Assembly: GCA_013239625.1 (NCBI GenBank)
Contig: MU053881.1
Span: 15,306,373 to 15,370,372 of the forward strand
Length of the DNA stretch: 64,000 bases
From: Lama guanicoe
Lineage: Eukaryota
Reading direction: 5' to 3'
The translations under genes and the position numbers were made by a program. The first letter of the stretch is position 1. Every line of letters begins with the position of its first letter. The notes under the pieces are model-generated. The model was not told where the DNA came from, made no database searches, and saw only the letters and a program-made list of their open reading frames with translations. This document shows positions 1 through 13,849 of this stretch, in pieces.

Positions 1-899
1 GTTTCTGGCTACATCATTAGAAACTGGGCTGGACCTTGGACTTGGGTCACTGACATCTCATTCCAAGCAGCCTTGGCCCTGGATTAGCCAGGGTGCTGAC
101 CAAGGACTGTCTGCCTCTGGCCCAGGCCTCAGAATACCCAGGGCAGTGTCTCTGGACTGCCGGGAGCCTTGTTTGCGAGCTCAGACCAGAGGTCACACAC
201 TCAGCAGCTATTTTGGTCTCTGGCAGCTTCAGGTAGAATTCAGAAAATCTGAGATCCTGCCTGGGCCGGTTGTGGGATTGAGACCTCTGCCAAGTGGAAG
301 AAGAGAACAGAACAAAAATCTCACCAAGAATCAGGTTTTATAACTCACACATGTAGTAAGTGTCTGGTACTAAGTGCCAGTGTTGCTGCTAAAAGCCGGG
401 GATATGGAGACAGGCAAACCACAGCAGGTTTCATTCCCCTCAACACACTGGGGGAAAAAAAAGAGGAAACTGATGACACTCAGAGTTAGTGGTGATGGGA
501 GAAACTGAGTCACATGCTATTGCTGTGAGTGACTGGGGGTAAAGGCTTGTGTTCCCTGGACACAGACCCTGTTTAAGCACATCACTTTTCAAATGTGCTC
601 TCTTTTTTAATATCACAAACCCTTGGAGGGAGGAACTATTCTTATCCCATTTTGCAAGTGAGGAAACAGACCCAGAGCAGCTAAGCCACTCGTCCCAAGT
701 CACACATGGAAGGGGCTGGGATTTGGATCAGGAATAAGTGGGTGAGTCCTTAGCAGAGGACAAATGGGGCCGAAGAAGCCTGGCTGGAGGGACTGAGATA
801 TGTGTTCACAATCCAACTCTGCAGTAGTGTAACCAGCAGCACACGCCTGTGAGAGGTTAGGTGAAGGGATGGGGAGGGATGGAGCGCCCTTTCTTAAAA

Positions 900-1515
900 A
901 AGCAAGATGGTTACATTGGAAAGCCAAAGACAATAAAGTGGGGCAGCTACTGTGGATAAGTTTGGCAGAAGTTAAATGTAGTTACCATAGGCCCCAGCAG
1001 TTCCACTCTTAGGGACAAACCCAAAATAATTAAAAATAGATGTTCAAATCCTGTAGGTGAAAGTTCATGACCGTACAATTCACAATCGCCAAAAGGTAGA
1101 AAAGGAAACAAATGTTTATCCATAGATGAATAGATAAACAAATTGTGGCCCATCCACACAGTGGAATGTTACTCAACAGTAAAAATGAAGGAAGCCCTGA
1201 CACATGCAAAGACGTGGATGAATCTTGAAAACGTCACACTGAGCGAAAGAAGCCAGACCCAAAAGGCCATATAGTGTATGGTCCCACTGATATGAAACGT
1301 CCAGAGCAGGCAAATTCATAGAGACAGAAAGCAGATTAGAGGGGAAGTGGGGGAAAGCGACTGCTAGTGGGGACAGGGTTTCTTCTGGGAGTGATGAAAG
1401 TGTTCTGAAACTAGATAAGAGGAGGGGAGTGCACAACAGATAAGAGGAGGGGGATGTATTTAATGCCATTGTGCACTTTAAAATGGTTTAAGTGGTGTTA
1501 TGTGTATTTTATCAC

Positions 1516-1559
<44 letters not shown>

Positions 1560-2295
1560 CAGTGTGGAAGCATTGATGGAAAGAAAATCAAATGTAAGAG
1601 AAAGGAAGATGTGTTTGTGAATGCAGAAAATAGGAAGGAAGAGAAAGAAACTGCTAACAGCGGGGTCTTTGGGGAGGGAACCAGGATGTGGGTGGGGGTG
1701 GAGGCAGGACACCCTCAGCCTTCTTTCCACGTGTACATACATCAACTACTCAGAAATTAATATGATAACAGAACTCTCTTTTCAAAAAACACCGCTAGAT
1801 TTTTTTTAAAATTGAAGTCAAACACACATAAAATTTACCATTTTTAAGAGTACAGTTCAGCAATGTTGAAAGTACAGTGTTGTGCAACGGGTCTTCAGAA
1901 CTCTTCTCATCTGGCAAAACTGAAACTGTACCCATGAAACAACTCCCCATTCCCTCCTCCCCCAGCCCCTGGCACCCACCCTTCTACTTTCTCTATGAAT
2001 TTGACTACTTCTAGAGATTTCGTAGGAGTGGACTCATACAGTATTTGCCCTATTGTGACTGGCTCAATCCACATAGCATAATGTCCTCAAGTTTCATCCA
2101 TGTTAGAGCAGGTGTCAGAATGCCCTTCCTTTTTAAGGCTGAATAATATTCCCCCATATGAAAGGACCACATTTGTCTATCCATCTATCCATCAGTGGAC
2201 ACTTGGGTTGTTTCTGCCTTTTGGCCATTGTGAGTAATGCTACTGTGAATATGGTGTACAAGTATCTTTTTGAGAGCCTGCTTTCAATTCTTTTA
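900..2295. mobile_element. Old L1M-type fragments (~900-1510 plus, ~1810-2295 minus) around an (AAT)n run at ~1516-1558
   Basis: L1M 3' motifs such as gtgaaagaagccagac-like and aatgtcctcaagtttcatccatgtt. Confidence 0.7.
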
Positions 2296-4309
2296 ACCAC
2301 TCAACTTTTCTAACTTCTTAAAAATAGTTTAAGATTGATGCAAAGTTGCAAAAATAGTTCAGTTTCCTATGCACTCATAGGTTTTAACCATTGTTAAAAC
2401 CAGGAAATCGACTTTGGTACAATATAATAGACTCAGGTTCCACCCCTTACTTCCCAGAGTTGTAAAAAAAAAATTCATTTGTAAAGAATTGTTTCTTTTA
2501 GAATTCTTATGCAATTTTCTTAGAGAGAGAATGGAGGACAGCAAGTATGGTGGTTAGAGCCAACTGGCCTGGGCTCACCTCATGTGGTGCGTGCTCTCAT
2601 ATGAGTTATTTTCCCATTCCAAACCTCAGTTTTCTCATCTGTGAAGGAGTGCTAGGCCCCTGTGAGTCCTGGGAAGGGAGGCCAAGTCTACAATAGCAGT
2701 ATTCGCATAGATTACAAAGTGATCACACAGAATATCTTCATAGGGCGTCTTTTTTTGTTTTAATAGAATGGGCTGAGTGCATATGGCCAGAAGAGAGTGA
2801 TATATTGCTTAATTAATCAACGAACCCAAAATCTATGCAGTCCCTTCCGCATGCCCTCGCTCCATGCCATCTCCAATCTCTCCTAACCCACGTCACTGCT
2901 GTAATTTCACATTTATTCATGTGAGTGTGCAGCAGCTGACTGTCTCTCCCATGAGACCGTGAGCCTGGGGAGAGCAGGGACCTAGTTTAACTCAGTCACC
3001 ACTGCACACAGGGCCCAGCACACAGCAGGTGCTCAATAAATGTACCAAGTAGAGCAAAACCCACATGGCTAGAGATTGGCTTGGGAGAGAAGCTACATTT
3101 CTCTGTGGGTTCCCACCCTAACTGCACTGGGAGGCTGGGGGCCCAAGACTGCAGAGAATCAGGTTGGGGAGGCTGGGACTGGAGCATTCTGTGTTCAGAT
3201 CCTGCCCCTGGGATCTCCAAGGCTCTTCTCATGGCCAGCTCCTGCTGGGCGTGGCCTTGAGGGAGGAGGGAGAGAGAGTGGAAGCGCATGGGACCACACG
3301 GCTCCTTCTTGGTGCTCCTTCCTTTTGGAGCTGTCAAGGGCAAACTGGCCTCAGTTCAAGGACTGGATGGGCCTTTTGGCAGAATTAAGCAGAAGGATAT
3401 CAGGCAGACATGCACATTTAAAAGGGTGAATGCCTCTATGTCTCCTGGTGGTCTTGGGACGTGTGAGTCCTTTAGAGAGCTCAGGCTAGAAGATGGAGGG
3501 GTGGTTTTGGTGACTGCCCATTGCCAGGTCCCCTCCATGGTCTGCTTACAACTCTGCCTGCTCCCCATCCCGCAACACACAAAAGAACGTTGAGGCTGGA
3601 CCTGGCTTTCCTTTGGATCTGTGCTAGCACACAGTAGGTGCTCAATCAATGCTTGAGAGGTAGGGAATCGTGGGAGCCAATGATCAAGCAGTCCATGTGT
3701 TCACCTAAAGAACTTCAACCACAGGGTGCAGGGGCTCGATTTCCCTACACTCTTCCTGGGGAATCTCTTTGCTTCTGACCCTGGACGATGAAAACAGACA
3801 AGTTCCCATCCATCACCATCTACTGGGCTGAAACGAAACTTTGTTCTTTGATTCCTGTGTGCCCAGGAACATGCTGGCCCAGGTACAAACGATATTTTGT
3901 TTCAGTTCAGGATACCCGTGGCCAGAAAAAGCTCCCCAAAGGCTCTGGGTCTCGTGGAGGGGAGGAGGACTTGGTCGCTGTCCTGAGCAGCAAGGTCTTG
4001 ACCCATAAAGATGTCTGGGTTTCTAGCTTCTCAGAAGAGACAGGCGGACACCTGAAGATCCTAGAAAAACTTCACCCGATGTCGCCTTGGTGCTCCAGCC
4101 TTGACAGAGCGCCCTGTGGTCCTGAGGATTCTATCCAGAGATGTTTGAAAACATCAAACTGTTCACAAGTCCGGTAGGAAACATTTGTTTTGAGTTTGTA
4201 TCCTTGGCACCCCCACTTTTTTTTCATCTAAAGAGAATTCACTGTACACATTGTACTTACAGTTCTGTACACCATCTTTTATGAATGGGACCCCTTATCT
4301 GCTTGAGTC

Positions 4310-5097
4310 ATTTTTTAAAATTGAAGTACATAGTTGATTTACAATGTTGTATTAGCTTCTGGTGTACAGTAAAGTGATTCAGTTAAACATATATATATAT
4401 TCTTCTCCATTATAGGTTGTTATAAGATATTGAATATAGCTCCCTGTGCTGTACTGTAGGACTTCGTTTTTTATCTATTCTGTATATAGTAGTTTGTATC
4501 TGTTAATCCCAAACTCCCAATTTATCCCTCCCACTTCTTTCCCCTTTGATAACCATGAGTTTGTTTTCTATGTCTGTGAGTCTGTTTCTGTTTTGTAAAT
4601 TCATTTGTATCGTTTGTTAGATTCCATGTATAAGTGATATCTTATGACATTTGTCTTTCTTTGAGTTACTTCACTTAGTGTGATAATCTCTGGGTTCATC
4701 CATATTGCTGCAAATGGCATTATTTCATTCCTTTTTATGGCAGAGTAGTATTCCATTGTATATATACACAACATCTTCTTTATCCAATCATTTGTCAAAG
4801 GACATTTAGTTTGCTTCCATCTCTTGACTATTGTAAATAGTGCTGCTATGAACACTGGGTGCATGCATGTTTTTGAATTGGAGTTTTCTCCAGATATATG
4901 CTCAGAAATGGGATTGCTGGATCATATGGTAACTCTATGTTTAGTTTTTTAAGGATTCTCCATACTATTTTCCATAATGGCTGCACCAAATTACATTCCC
5001 ACCAACCATGTAGTGGGGGGTTCCCTTTTCCCCACACCTTCTCCCGCATTTATCTTTTGTGCACTTTTTAGTGATGGCCATTCTGACTAGTGTGAGG
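4310..5097 (-). mobile_element. L1 3' fragment (ORF2 C-terminal remnant and 3'UTR)
   Basis: Minus-strand peptides FIAALFTIVKRWKQTKCP...YTMEYYSAIK and LVQPLWK...[10 protein letters not shown], typical of L1 ORF2. Confidence 0.93.
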
Positions 5098-5582
5098 TTC
5101 CCTGAGCCATTTTTTAAAAATTGAAGTATGATCAGTTTACAATGTGTCAGTTTCTGGTGTATGGCATAATGTTTCAATTATTCATATACACACATATATT
5201 CATTTTCACCTTGAACCATTTTTAACCAAACCAAAATAACGTAATACAAAGTGTTAAAATGCAACATCAAGATACAAAAACAGACATACTAATTAGGAAT
5301 GTCATTATGATGTTACTTTTTTGAAAATCCAGAATTGTATTTTACCTATCTACACTAATCATGAAAGAACATGGATTTCTATATCTTGCAGGGGAAAAAA
5401 AAAGTCTCTCCATGTTGCATTGAATGCAAGAGCATATTTTGCGGGATTGAAAGAGAAGTTTTCTAGCGATTTTATTTCTTTCCTCCATTCCTTTTGCTGA
5501 GTAGGTTCTAGCAATCCTTAGAAGCTGTGAATGTCATTGGGGGGGTGGGTTTCCACCTACAATTTAAAATAGTAGAAACCAA

Positions 5583-6175
5583 GGGGGGAGGATATAGCTC
5601 AGTGGTAGAGTGCACACTTAGCATGCATGAGGTCCTGGGTTGGATCCCAGTATGTTCAATCAATCACCCGATGTCGGGTGATTCAATCAATCAATCAATC
5701 AGGTTAAGGGCTCAGTTCCTCCTTGAATCCTAAAAGCTAACCCATGAGATGGTTCCAGGATTTTCCTCCACATGACAGGTGGGGAAACTGAGATACTATC
5801 TCTGAGTATCAGATGCTCCTGGGGCACAAGCACCACCAGGGGACACCCTGAGGACTGTGCTGGGTTTTTATAGCATGAAGATTTCTCTTCCTTCATTTTG
5901 GTTTCTACTTGTTTTTCTTTAATTTAATTTAATTTTTGGGGGGGTGGGAGGCAATTAGGTATTGATTGATTGATTGATTGATTATGGCTGAGTAGTATTC
6001 CATTGTGTCAGTTTCTGGTGTATGGCATAATGTTTCAATTATTCATATACACACATATATTCATTTTCACCTTGAACCATTTTTAACCAAACCAAAATAA
6101 CGTCAATCAATCAATCAATCAATACCTAATTGCCTCCCACCCCCCCCAAAATTAAATTAAATTAAAGAAAAACAA
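5583..6175 (+). mobile_element. tRNA-Ala-derived SINE interrupted by a complex insertion
   Basis: A-box tatagctcagtggtagag head and A-rich tail; TSD agtagaaaccaa at 5571-5582 and 6175-6186. Confidence 0.85.
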
Positions 6176-6384
6176 GTAGAAACCAAAATGAAGGAAGAGA
6201 AATCTTCATGCTATAAAAACCCAGCACAGTCCTCAGGGTGTCCCCTGGTGGTGCTTGTGCCCCAGGAGCATCTGATACTCAGAGATAGTATCTCAGTTTC
6301 CCCACCTGTCATGTGGAGGAAAATCCTGGAACCATCTCATGGGTTAGCTTTTAGGATTCAAGGAGGAACTGAGCCCTTAACCTG
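5700..6384. repeat. 282-bp near-perfect inverted repeat (arms 5700-5981 and 6103-6384, 121-bp spacer)
   Basis: Arms are reverse complements with one mismatch seen; the ORF track shows identical peptides at 5699..5896(-) and 6188..(+). Confidence 0.97.
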
Positions 6385-7526
6385 TACAAACAGCCCCCTA
6401 ATCTTCTTTTTCCCTCCCCTTCTCTTCCTTATCAATTTTTTTATATAATGCATCTCAACATAACATCATAACCTGTCTTCTATGTCACATGTATGGCACA
6501 TGTAATTTTTAAAAATAAGCTTTTTATATCAGAATAAGTTCAGATTTCCAGAAAGGTTGTGAAGACTGTAAACAGTCCCCATCCCCTCCCCCATATTCCC
6601 TGAATGTGGACCTTTGACATTATCAGGGCGCATTTGTACAATTAAGAAATTTACACCAATGCGCTGCTATCAACCAAATGCCTGATGTTATTCAGATGTC
6701 ACCGGGTCTTCCATTTGTGTCCTCTCTTTGGTCAAGGACTCTGTCCAGGGAACTCTTTTGCATTTAGCTGTCATGGTGTTACCGAGTCCATACTCATACT
6801 GCTCACAGGCCAATAAAGCGAGAGACCAAGTTTTGGAGCAAGGAATAGCAAGACTTCGTTTGGAAAGCCAGCAGACTGAGAAGATGGTGGACTAGTGTCC
6901 CAAAGAACCAAATTTCCCTGAGTTAGAATTCAGGCTTCTTTTAAATCAAAGGGGGGAGAGGGTAAAGTCATTGTTCCAGCCAGACTCCAGAGGGGATGTG
7001 TTAATTTCTTCCTTCCTGCAGCCATTCACAGGGGGGCCTCATCAGGATGTTTCCTGTGAGCTAAACAAAGGTATTTTAGGTTAACACTCATGACCTGGGA
7101 GGCAGTGTTCCCAGAGATGGACCATTATGTGTAATTGAAGCTTATAGGCAATATCCCTTTAGAGATTAACTCATAAATATTGATACTATAATACTGATAC
7201 TGATAAAGGAATCTGTACCAGAACTGAATACTGATAAAAGAAATTTTCACATATTGAGATACAGGAAAATCATTGTAGCTTATATATGCGTTAACTTGAG
7301 TTTTATGCTAACTAAAATAGCCTGTTTGTGGGCTATCAAACATATATATTGTATACCTGCTTTAATTATTCAAGAAAAGGGCATATTGACCAGAAGTAAA
7401 TATTGTCCATGTTAAAAATAAAGATTAAATGCCACTCTTCTTGGGATGCCAATGCTGGTTCTCCTTTGATGATAAGGCTCCCTTTCCAGGTGCCAAGGCC
7501 ATACTGACTTGCTGTATCCATACTGA

Positions 7527-7528
<2 letters not shown>

Positions 7529-7559
<31 letters not shown>
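7529..7559. repeat. (TG)n microsatellite
   Basis: About 15 TG units. Confidence 0.95.
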
Positions 7560-7562
<3 letters not shown>

Positions 7563-7633
7563 GAAACCTTGAAGAAAGATACCCCTGACTTATTTAATGT
7601 TCTTTGTTCTGACAAGATATAAAACTGTGCTGA

Positions 7634-8204
7634 CCCAATGTTCATAGCAGCACTATTTACAACAGCCAAGGCATGGAAAAAACCTAAATGTCCATTGACA
7701 GATGACTGGATAAAGAAGTTGTGGTATATTTACACAATGGAATACTACTCAGCCATAAAAATGACAAAACAATGCCATTTGCAGTGACATGGATGACCCT
7801 GGAGAATGACATTCTAAGTGAAGTAAGCCAGAAAGAGTTCGAAAATTACCATATGATATCACTCATATGTGGAATCTAAAAAAAAAAAGACAAATGAACT
7901 TATATATAAAACAGAAAAAGATGCACAGACATAGAATACAAACTTGTGGTTGCCGGGGGGAGGGGGATGGGAAGGGATAAACTGGGAGTTTGAGATTTGC
8001 AGATACTGACTGATACATATAAAATAGATAAGCAAGTTTATACTGCATAGCACAGGGAATGTATATTCAGTATCTTACAGTAGCTTACAGTGAAAAAGAT
8101 ACAAAAATGAATATATGTATACTCATGTACGACTGAAGCACTGTGCTGCACACCAGAAATTGACACAACATTGTAAACCAACTACATGTCAATAAAAAAA
8201 AAAA
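7634..8204 (+). mobile_element. L1 3' fragment inserted into an LTR-like element (~7210-8345)
   Basis: Runs from aatgttcatagcagcactatttac to aataaaaaaaaaaa. The flanks resemble an LTR (TATA gatataaaa before, aataaaactct after). Confidence 0.85.
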
Positions 8205-10380
8205 GTGTTGGAATCCATGCTTCTCTGGAGCAGTTTCTCAGAGTCATTTGGGAAGCAGGCTTCTGGGCTAGTCCTCAGTTTGGCTCAAATAAAACTCTTT
8301 TCTATTCTTATTATTGATTGTTTATTGATTTTTTTCATCAACAATACAAAGGTTCTCCCCTACTGCAATGTCCCCCCAGTCTCCTCTGGCTGGGATGGCT
8401 CCTGGCTCTTTCCTTGTTGGTCATGTCAACTGAAATAATGTGCACAACCTAAAAAGTGAGAGTTACGTTTTACGAGGCTGAGATTTCTGAAGACTTAAGC
8501 CTGGGATGACAGCCTCTCAGATCACTCTGAGGGACTGCTCCAAGGTGGCAAGGTAGAAGCCAGGACATATGAGTTTTTGCAACAAAGACCAGGTAGTCAA
8601 AACATCAAAAGATTACTGTTAATTAAAGAAAACTATTTATCTCAAGTTAAGGAATTCAGCACTGTCTATGTATGGGAAGGTGCAAAGCTATGGGCTCATT
8701 GAAATCACTCCTTTGACGTGCGCCTAACTGTCTAGGGCCAGTATTCTGTTCTTTTATATTCTGAGTTTCCTCGGGGTGGCTGCAGTGCTGGGGGTGGCTG
8801 CAGAGACCTGGCTGCTTGCCTGTCTGCATCCTAAGTTCCCTCTGCTCACTGTCCGGGGTGGCGGTGGTGGCTGATGACTTGATGGCCACAGCATTCTTTT
8901 ACTAATATGGCTTACAATCTTTTTTGTTCACACTCATGATCTCTGCAGTCTTGGGGAGGAGTGGCTGGCGTCCTGTAGAATGCCTCCTATCTGGGTCTGT
9001 CTGATGTTCTTGTCATGATTAGAATAGGGTTCTAGGCATCTGGGAAAAACCACAGAGGTGAGGCGCCCATCTCATCTCCCCAGATCAGGGATCCCTAATA
9101 TCCACATAACTCCTCACAGTGATGCCATCAGGATCACTTGGTTAAGGTGGGGTATGCAGTTCCCTCGGCTGCTGTAACAAATGACCACTGGGGTAACGGA
9201 GCAGGACCCTGGGGGGCTGTCCTGGGACAGACCCCTCCCCATGTCCTCTGCTGTAGCTCCTCTCTGAAGTACCCAGATAATAGTATTTCATGTATACTTC
9301 CTCAGTTTTTCAGATGCTAAAAACCACCACCAAAAGGAAGACATTAACTACTTGATAATCAAGTACATGTAGCCCCCAGACCTATTAGAGGTTGACAGTG
9401 TTCACTGCCCCATTATCTCAACGTCAGCCAATCAGAGAATTGTGCACCAGTTGATCACATACCCTGCATCCCCACCCCACCCCAATCTGGTCTTAAAATA
9501 CGCTTTGCTCAAACCCTTGGGCGAGTTCAGGTTTTCTTGGGCATGAGCTACCCCATCATCCTTGCTCAGCCCTGCAATAAACTTTTCTCTGCTCCAAACT
9601 CCAATGTTTCAGTTTCTTTGGCCTCATGGTGCATCAGGCACACGAACTTGCGCTCAGTAACAGGAGGACTCCAGTCCATCCTAAATCCCAGATGATCTCA
9701 TCTCAGGATCCTTAATTAACTGCATCTAAAAAGATACTTTTTCCAAATAAGGTCACATTGAAAGGTACTGGGGGTCAGGACTTGGACATGTGTTTAGGGG
9801 GCCATGATTCAACTCACTACAAGTGGTATCTACCAGGAGTCTCCGCTGTCAATTTACTATTTTCCCTTTTCTCTGTTTTTTAGAATCGAGGCAATAAGTT
9901 CAGCCCACCTCCAGGGGTGGGGGTGGAGAAGGATTTACATATAACTTTTTTAAAGAATGGAAAATACTCTATCTAGTGGATGAAACAGCTTCCTCAAGTC
10001 ATCCGCTGCTGTTAGGCCTTTATGTTCTTTCTGCTATTTTTAAATTGGCAACATTGCTACAAGGCCTTGGCATAGAGTGGTTCCTGTCATTTGCAAAACC
10101 TCCTTAGTATAAATTTTCAGAAATGAATTACTGAGTTGCAGGGTGTGACACTTCTATGGATTTTTGAAACATAATACCTTTTTACCCCACTTAAAAGAAA
10201 ATATATGTTTACCAGTTTCATGACAACCTTGACTTTTACAATCCCCCTCCTCCTCCTTTTTTAAAGCAGAGGGTAGTGTATCTTTGTTAATTTGATAAAT
10301 ACATTAGCTCACACTCTTTAGGTTTCTACTGTCAAAAATACAATTTAAACTGGACTGGAAAAAACAGAGGTGTATTAGAG

Positions 10381-10660
10381 GAGAGGGTATAGCTCAGTAG
10401 TAGAGCACCTGCTTAGTATGCATGAGGCCCTGGGTTCAATCCCCAGCACCTCCATTAAAAACTAAATAAATGAACCAAATTACCTCCCCCTCTAAAAATA
10501 AAATAATAATAATTTTAAAAAACGGGGGAAGGTATAGCTCAGTGGTAGAGCACATGCTTAACATGAACAAGGTCCTGGATTCTATCCCCATTACCTCCAT
10601 TACAATTGTTAAAATAAATAAATAACCTCAATCCCCCCCCTAAATAAATAAATAAAAAGA
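10381..10660 (+). mobile_element. Two tandem tRNA-Ala-derived SINEs
   Basis: Two heads ggtatagctcagt(a/g)gtagagca at ~10386 and ~10531, each with a B-box-like motif and A-rich tail. Confidence 0.85.
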
Positions 10661-11429
10661 AACTGCTATGTAAACAATTTTTAAAAATTTAAATAGAAAC
10701 AAAAAATTAAAAATTAAAAAACAGGAGTATTAAAAAAAACAGGAGTATTTTCAAGGAATAGGGAAGGATGAAGATTTATGATGCATCAGGTACAGCTGAA
10801 TCCAGGATTAAACAGGGCCAAGACTCTGAAGTCGAAAGATGGCCATGTCTGTACCTGACTCACTTTACTCCAGCCCTGCAACTCCAGAAGCACCCCAGGG
10901 AAGACCTCTGATCCCTTGAGCCTGGGTCATATGTCCATGATGATGGAGGAACTGTGCTGATTGTCTCAAACAGTGGCCCATGCAAATTCTCACGTTGCTC
11001 CTACAGGTCAGAGTCAGGAAGGCTTAAGTGTGCAAAAGAGCAATTACAATGTGGCACAAACCAGTTAAGTATGAAAATCAGTGCAGGTACTGAAGTTCAA
11101 AGAATAAGAGAGGGAATGATTAGATTGGGGATGGGGCAGTCATTGAAGAGTTCACAGAGCAGCTATGCATTAGTGCAGGGTCTGCCAATTGTTAGGGACA
11201 GACCAAACTCCAAGTGGATTACACAATACAGGACAACTTCTTGGGCTCATATAAATGGAAAGCCATGCCTTATGACTTCAGGTATAGCTGGATCCAGGGG
11301 CTCAAACTGTACCTCTTTTCCACAGAGGAATTTTTGTGTATGTTAGACTCAACCTGCAGAGAGAGCTTCCAGAAGATCAATCATGATGGCACTCGGCTTT
11401 CACTATCGCATTTCTTTTTCTCTCGTTTT

Positions 11430-11767
11430 TTCTTTAATTGAGTTACAGTCAGTTTACAATGTTGTGTCAATTTCCAGTGTAAAGCACAATTTTTCAGTTA
11501 TATATGATCATACATGTATTCATTGTCACATTCTTTTTCGCTGTGAGCTACCACAAGATCTTATATATATTTCCCTGTGCTATACAGTATAATCTTGTTT
11601 ATTCTACACATGTCTGTCAGTATCTACAAATTTCAAACTCCCAGTCTGTCCCTTCCCACCCCTCTCCCCCTTGGCAACCACAAGTTTGTATTCTATGTCT
11701 ATGAGTCTGTTTCTGTTTTGTATTTATGTTTTTTTTTTAGATTCCACATATGAGCGATTTCATATGC
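11430..11767 (-). mobile_element. L1 3'UTR fragment
   Basis: gtttacaatgttgtgtcaatttcc...ttagattccacatatgag, same family as 7634-8204. Confidence 0.85.
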
Positions 11768-12648
11768 ACTTTTAAAAACCTCTACGGAAAGCGTTCTTCT
11801 CCACGCAGCCCTCAATATTTCTCCCAAGGGAGATTCTAAATGGCCTCGGTCGGTCACTTGCTCCTCTTTAACCAATCACTATGCCCAGGTGGATGGAGAC
11901 CTCTGGCCACTCTTATGTCGAAAGAGCTAACAAAACTGCAGTAACCATACTCCGCCACATGGGGTCACCCAAGCAGAGTTTTCAAGGGTAAGAGTTTGTC
12001 AGTTGTGCAAAAGAAGAAAGACTGCAAATAGAAAAGTCTAGAAAAGTCAGAAAGAGGTGAACCAGCACGCGATTTTCTTCCTACTTCCACCACTATGTTG
12101 ATGCTGGAGCACTTCATGTACCCCAGTTTCTGTTATTTAAATCAAAGTGGCCTCACCGTTGGCAAATAAGTCTTGGCTGGTCACCCTGGTCCCTCTAACC
12201 CATTTGGCATATCACTGTTGGCCACCTACCAGCATCCTGCACACTTCTCAGCCTTCACTAGCATTCCTGGAATCATCCCCAAGCGAGTGATAGCAGGGGG
12301 AATAAACACCTCAGCTGCCCTGATGCTTGGTGGGACCACTATGAGACACAAGCTCTTATGCTGTCTCCTAAGGTCCAGAGCTGGACTAACCCATCACCTT
12401 ATCGTTGGCGTCCACTGCAGGGATAATTCCCTCCTTGTCTCAGATTTCCATCCCCATTGGGGGTGCCTCCTGAGGTCATCCCCTGAATATGCTCTGTGTC
12501 CTTGAGTCCTCATCTCAGGGTCAGATTCTGGGGGAGGGCAAACCCCAAACCAAGACATGAAGGACAACTGTTGGTCCAGGGCTACTGGGAGCCTGGCACT
12601 TTATACAGGTTCCACATCTGATCAGTCAACACAGTAACCCTGATTGGC

Positions 12649-13129
12649 AGAGTTACCAACAATTCCTAACTTATGATGGTTTGACTTTAGATTTTTCAAT
12701 TCTACGACGTGTGAAAGCAATCATTCCATACAAATCGAACTTTGAATTTTGATCTTTTCCTAGGCTATGTGGTACCGATATTCTCTCAGGAAGCTGGGCA
12801 GCAGCAATGAGCCTCAGGTCCAGTCAGTCACATGGTCACAATGGTAAACAGCTGATACGCTTACAACTATTCTGTTTTTCACTTTCAATGCAATATATAA
12901 TAAATTATATATGATATTCAACACTTTGTTATAAAATTAGTTTGTGCTTGATTTTGCCCAACTGTAGGCTAATGTGAATGTTCTGAACACATTTAAGGTA
13001 GGCTAGGCTAGGCTAAGCTATGGTGTTTGGTAGGTTAGGTGTATTAAATGCATTTTCAATTTACAATATTTACAACTTACAGTGGGTTTATTGGGATGTA
13101 ACCCCATCATAAGTCAAAGAAGATCTGTA
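12649..13129. mobile_element. Tigger3/Golem-like DNA transposon remnant
   Basis: gattttgcccaactgtaggctaatgt...gtaggctaggctaagct...aaccccatcataagtc, recognised from memory of the consensus. Confidence 0.65.
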
Positions 13130-13849
13130 TTCCTGTTTTTAACAAGCAGGAAAGGGGAGGAATCCCCTCCCCAGACCCCTCTCCCCTCACCAGGTCCCAG
13201 AGGGGAGATTTTAGTGCCCCAAGCCTGCCTGATGGCAGGTGGCTGGACCAATGGATTCTCATCCTTTTCTGCCCAGGTCTCTGAGACCTGATGCAGGGGA
13301 ATCTTTTATTGAGAAGCTAAGGAGCAAGGGCTCCCTGAGCCAGCTCTGAGAGGCATAGGGTCTTTTCAGATAGAAGAACCTGGCCCTGGGCTTAGTAAGA
13401 AAAGGCTCTCAGGCCAATGCTGACATTCAGGAAGCCTGGTGAAGGGTGGTCACTAGAGGAGGACACCTATTGCTCAGCCTCAGAAGGTCTAGGAGTTTTG
13501 TCGGGTTAGTCACTTCTGTGTTTCCAGGAACAGGCACATAGTAGGTGCTCGAGAAATATTTGTTGCATGCCTGTGTATCAAGTGCTCAGTATGTGCTAAA
13601 TGATGTTCTATGTGCATTTACATGGCTTGATTCATTTAGTCCTCACTGAAACCTTCTAGAGCAGACACTTATTACGCCCATTTTACAGGGAGGCAAACAG
13701 AGGCTGAGGGGCACAGCCGAGATTCCAATCTACCAAAAGACGTGCCTTAGATAACGGCCAACTACAATAATGAAAATCAGCAGAGTAAGAGCCCGAAGGG
13801 AGACATTACGCACATCTCAATAACCACGGAGTTTTCGTTCCTCCATTTG

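Larger units (their letters stand above)
6775..9662. mobile_element. Cluster of ERV/LTR-like fragments (~6775-7170, ~8420-8930, ~9192-9662)
   Basis: TG..CA-like ends and internal AATAAA (e.g. 9576-9581 before ...cagtaaca); families not identifiable without RepeatMasker. Confidence 0.55.

Noticed and set aside
5699..6448. Identical 65-aa peptides on opposite strands suggesting a duplicated small gene
   Set aside because: By-product of the inverted duplication; no promoter, splice sites or homology.
10381..10455. tRNA-Ala-like sequences (here and at 5583, 10524, 18569, 26222, 47270)
   Set aside because: They carry SINE bodies and A-rich tails, some have TSDs, and their stems are broken: retroposed SINEs, not tRNA genes.
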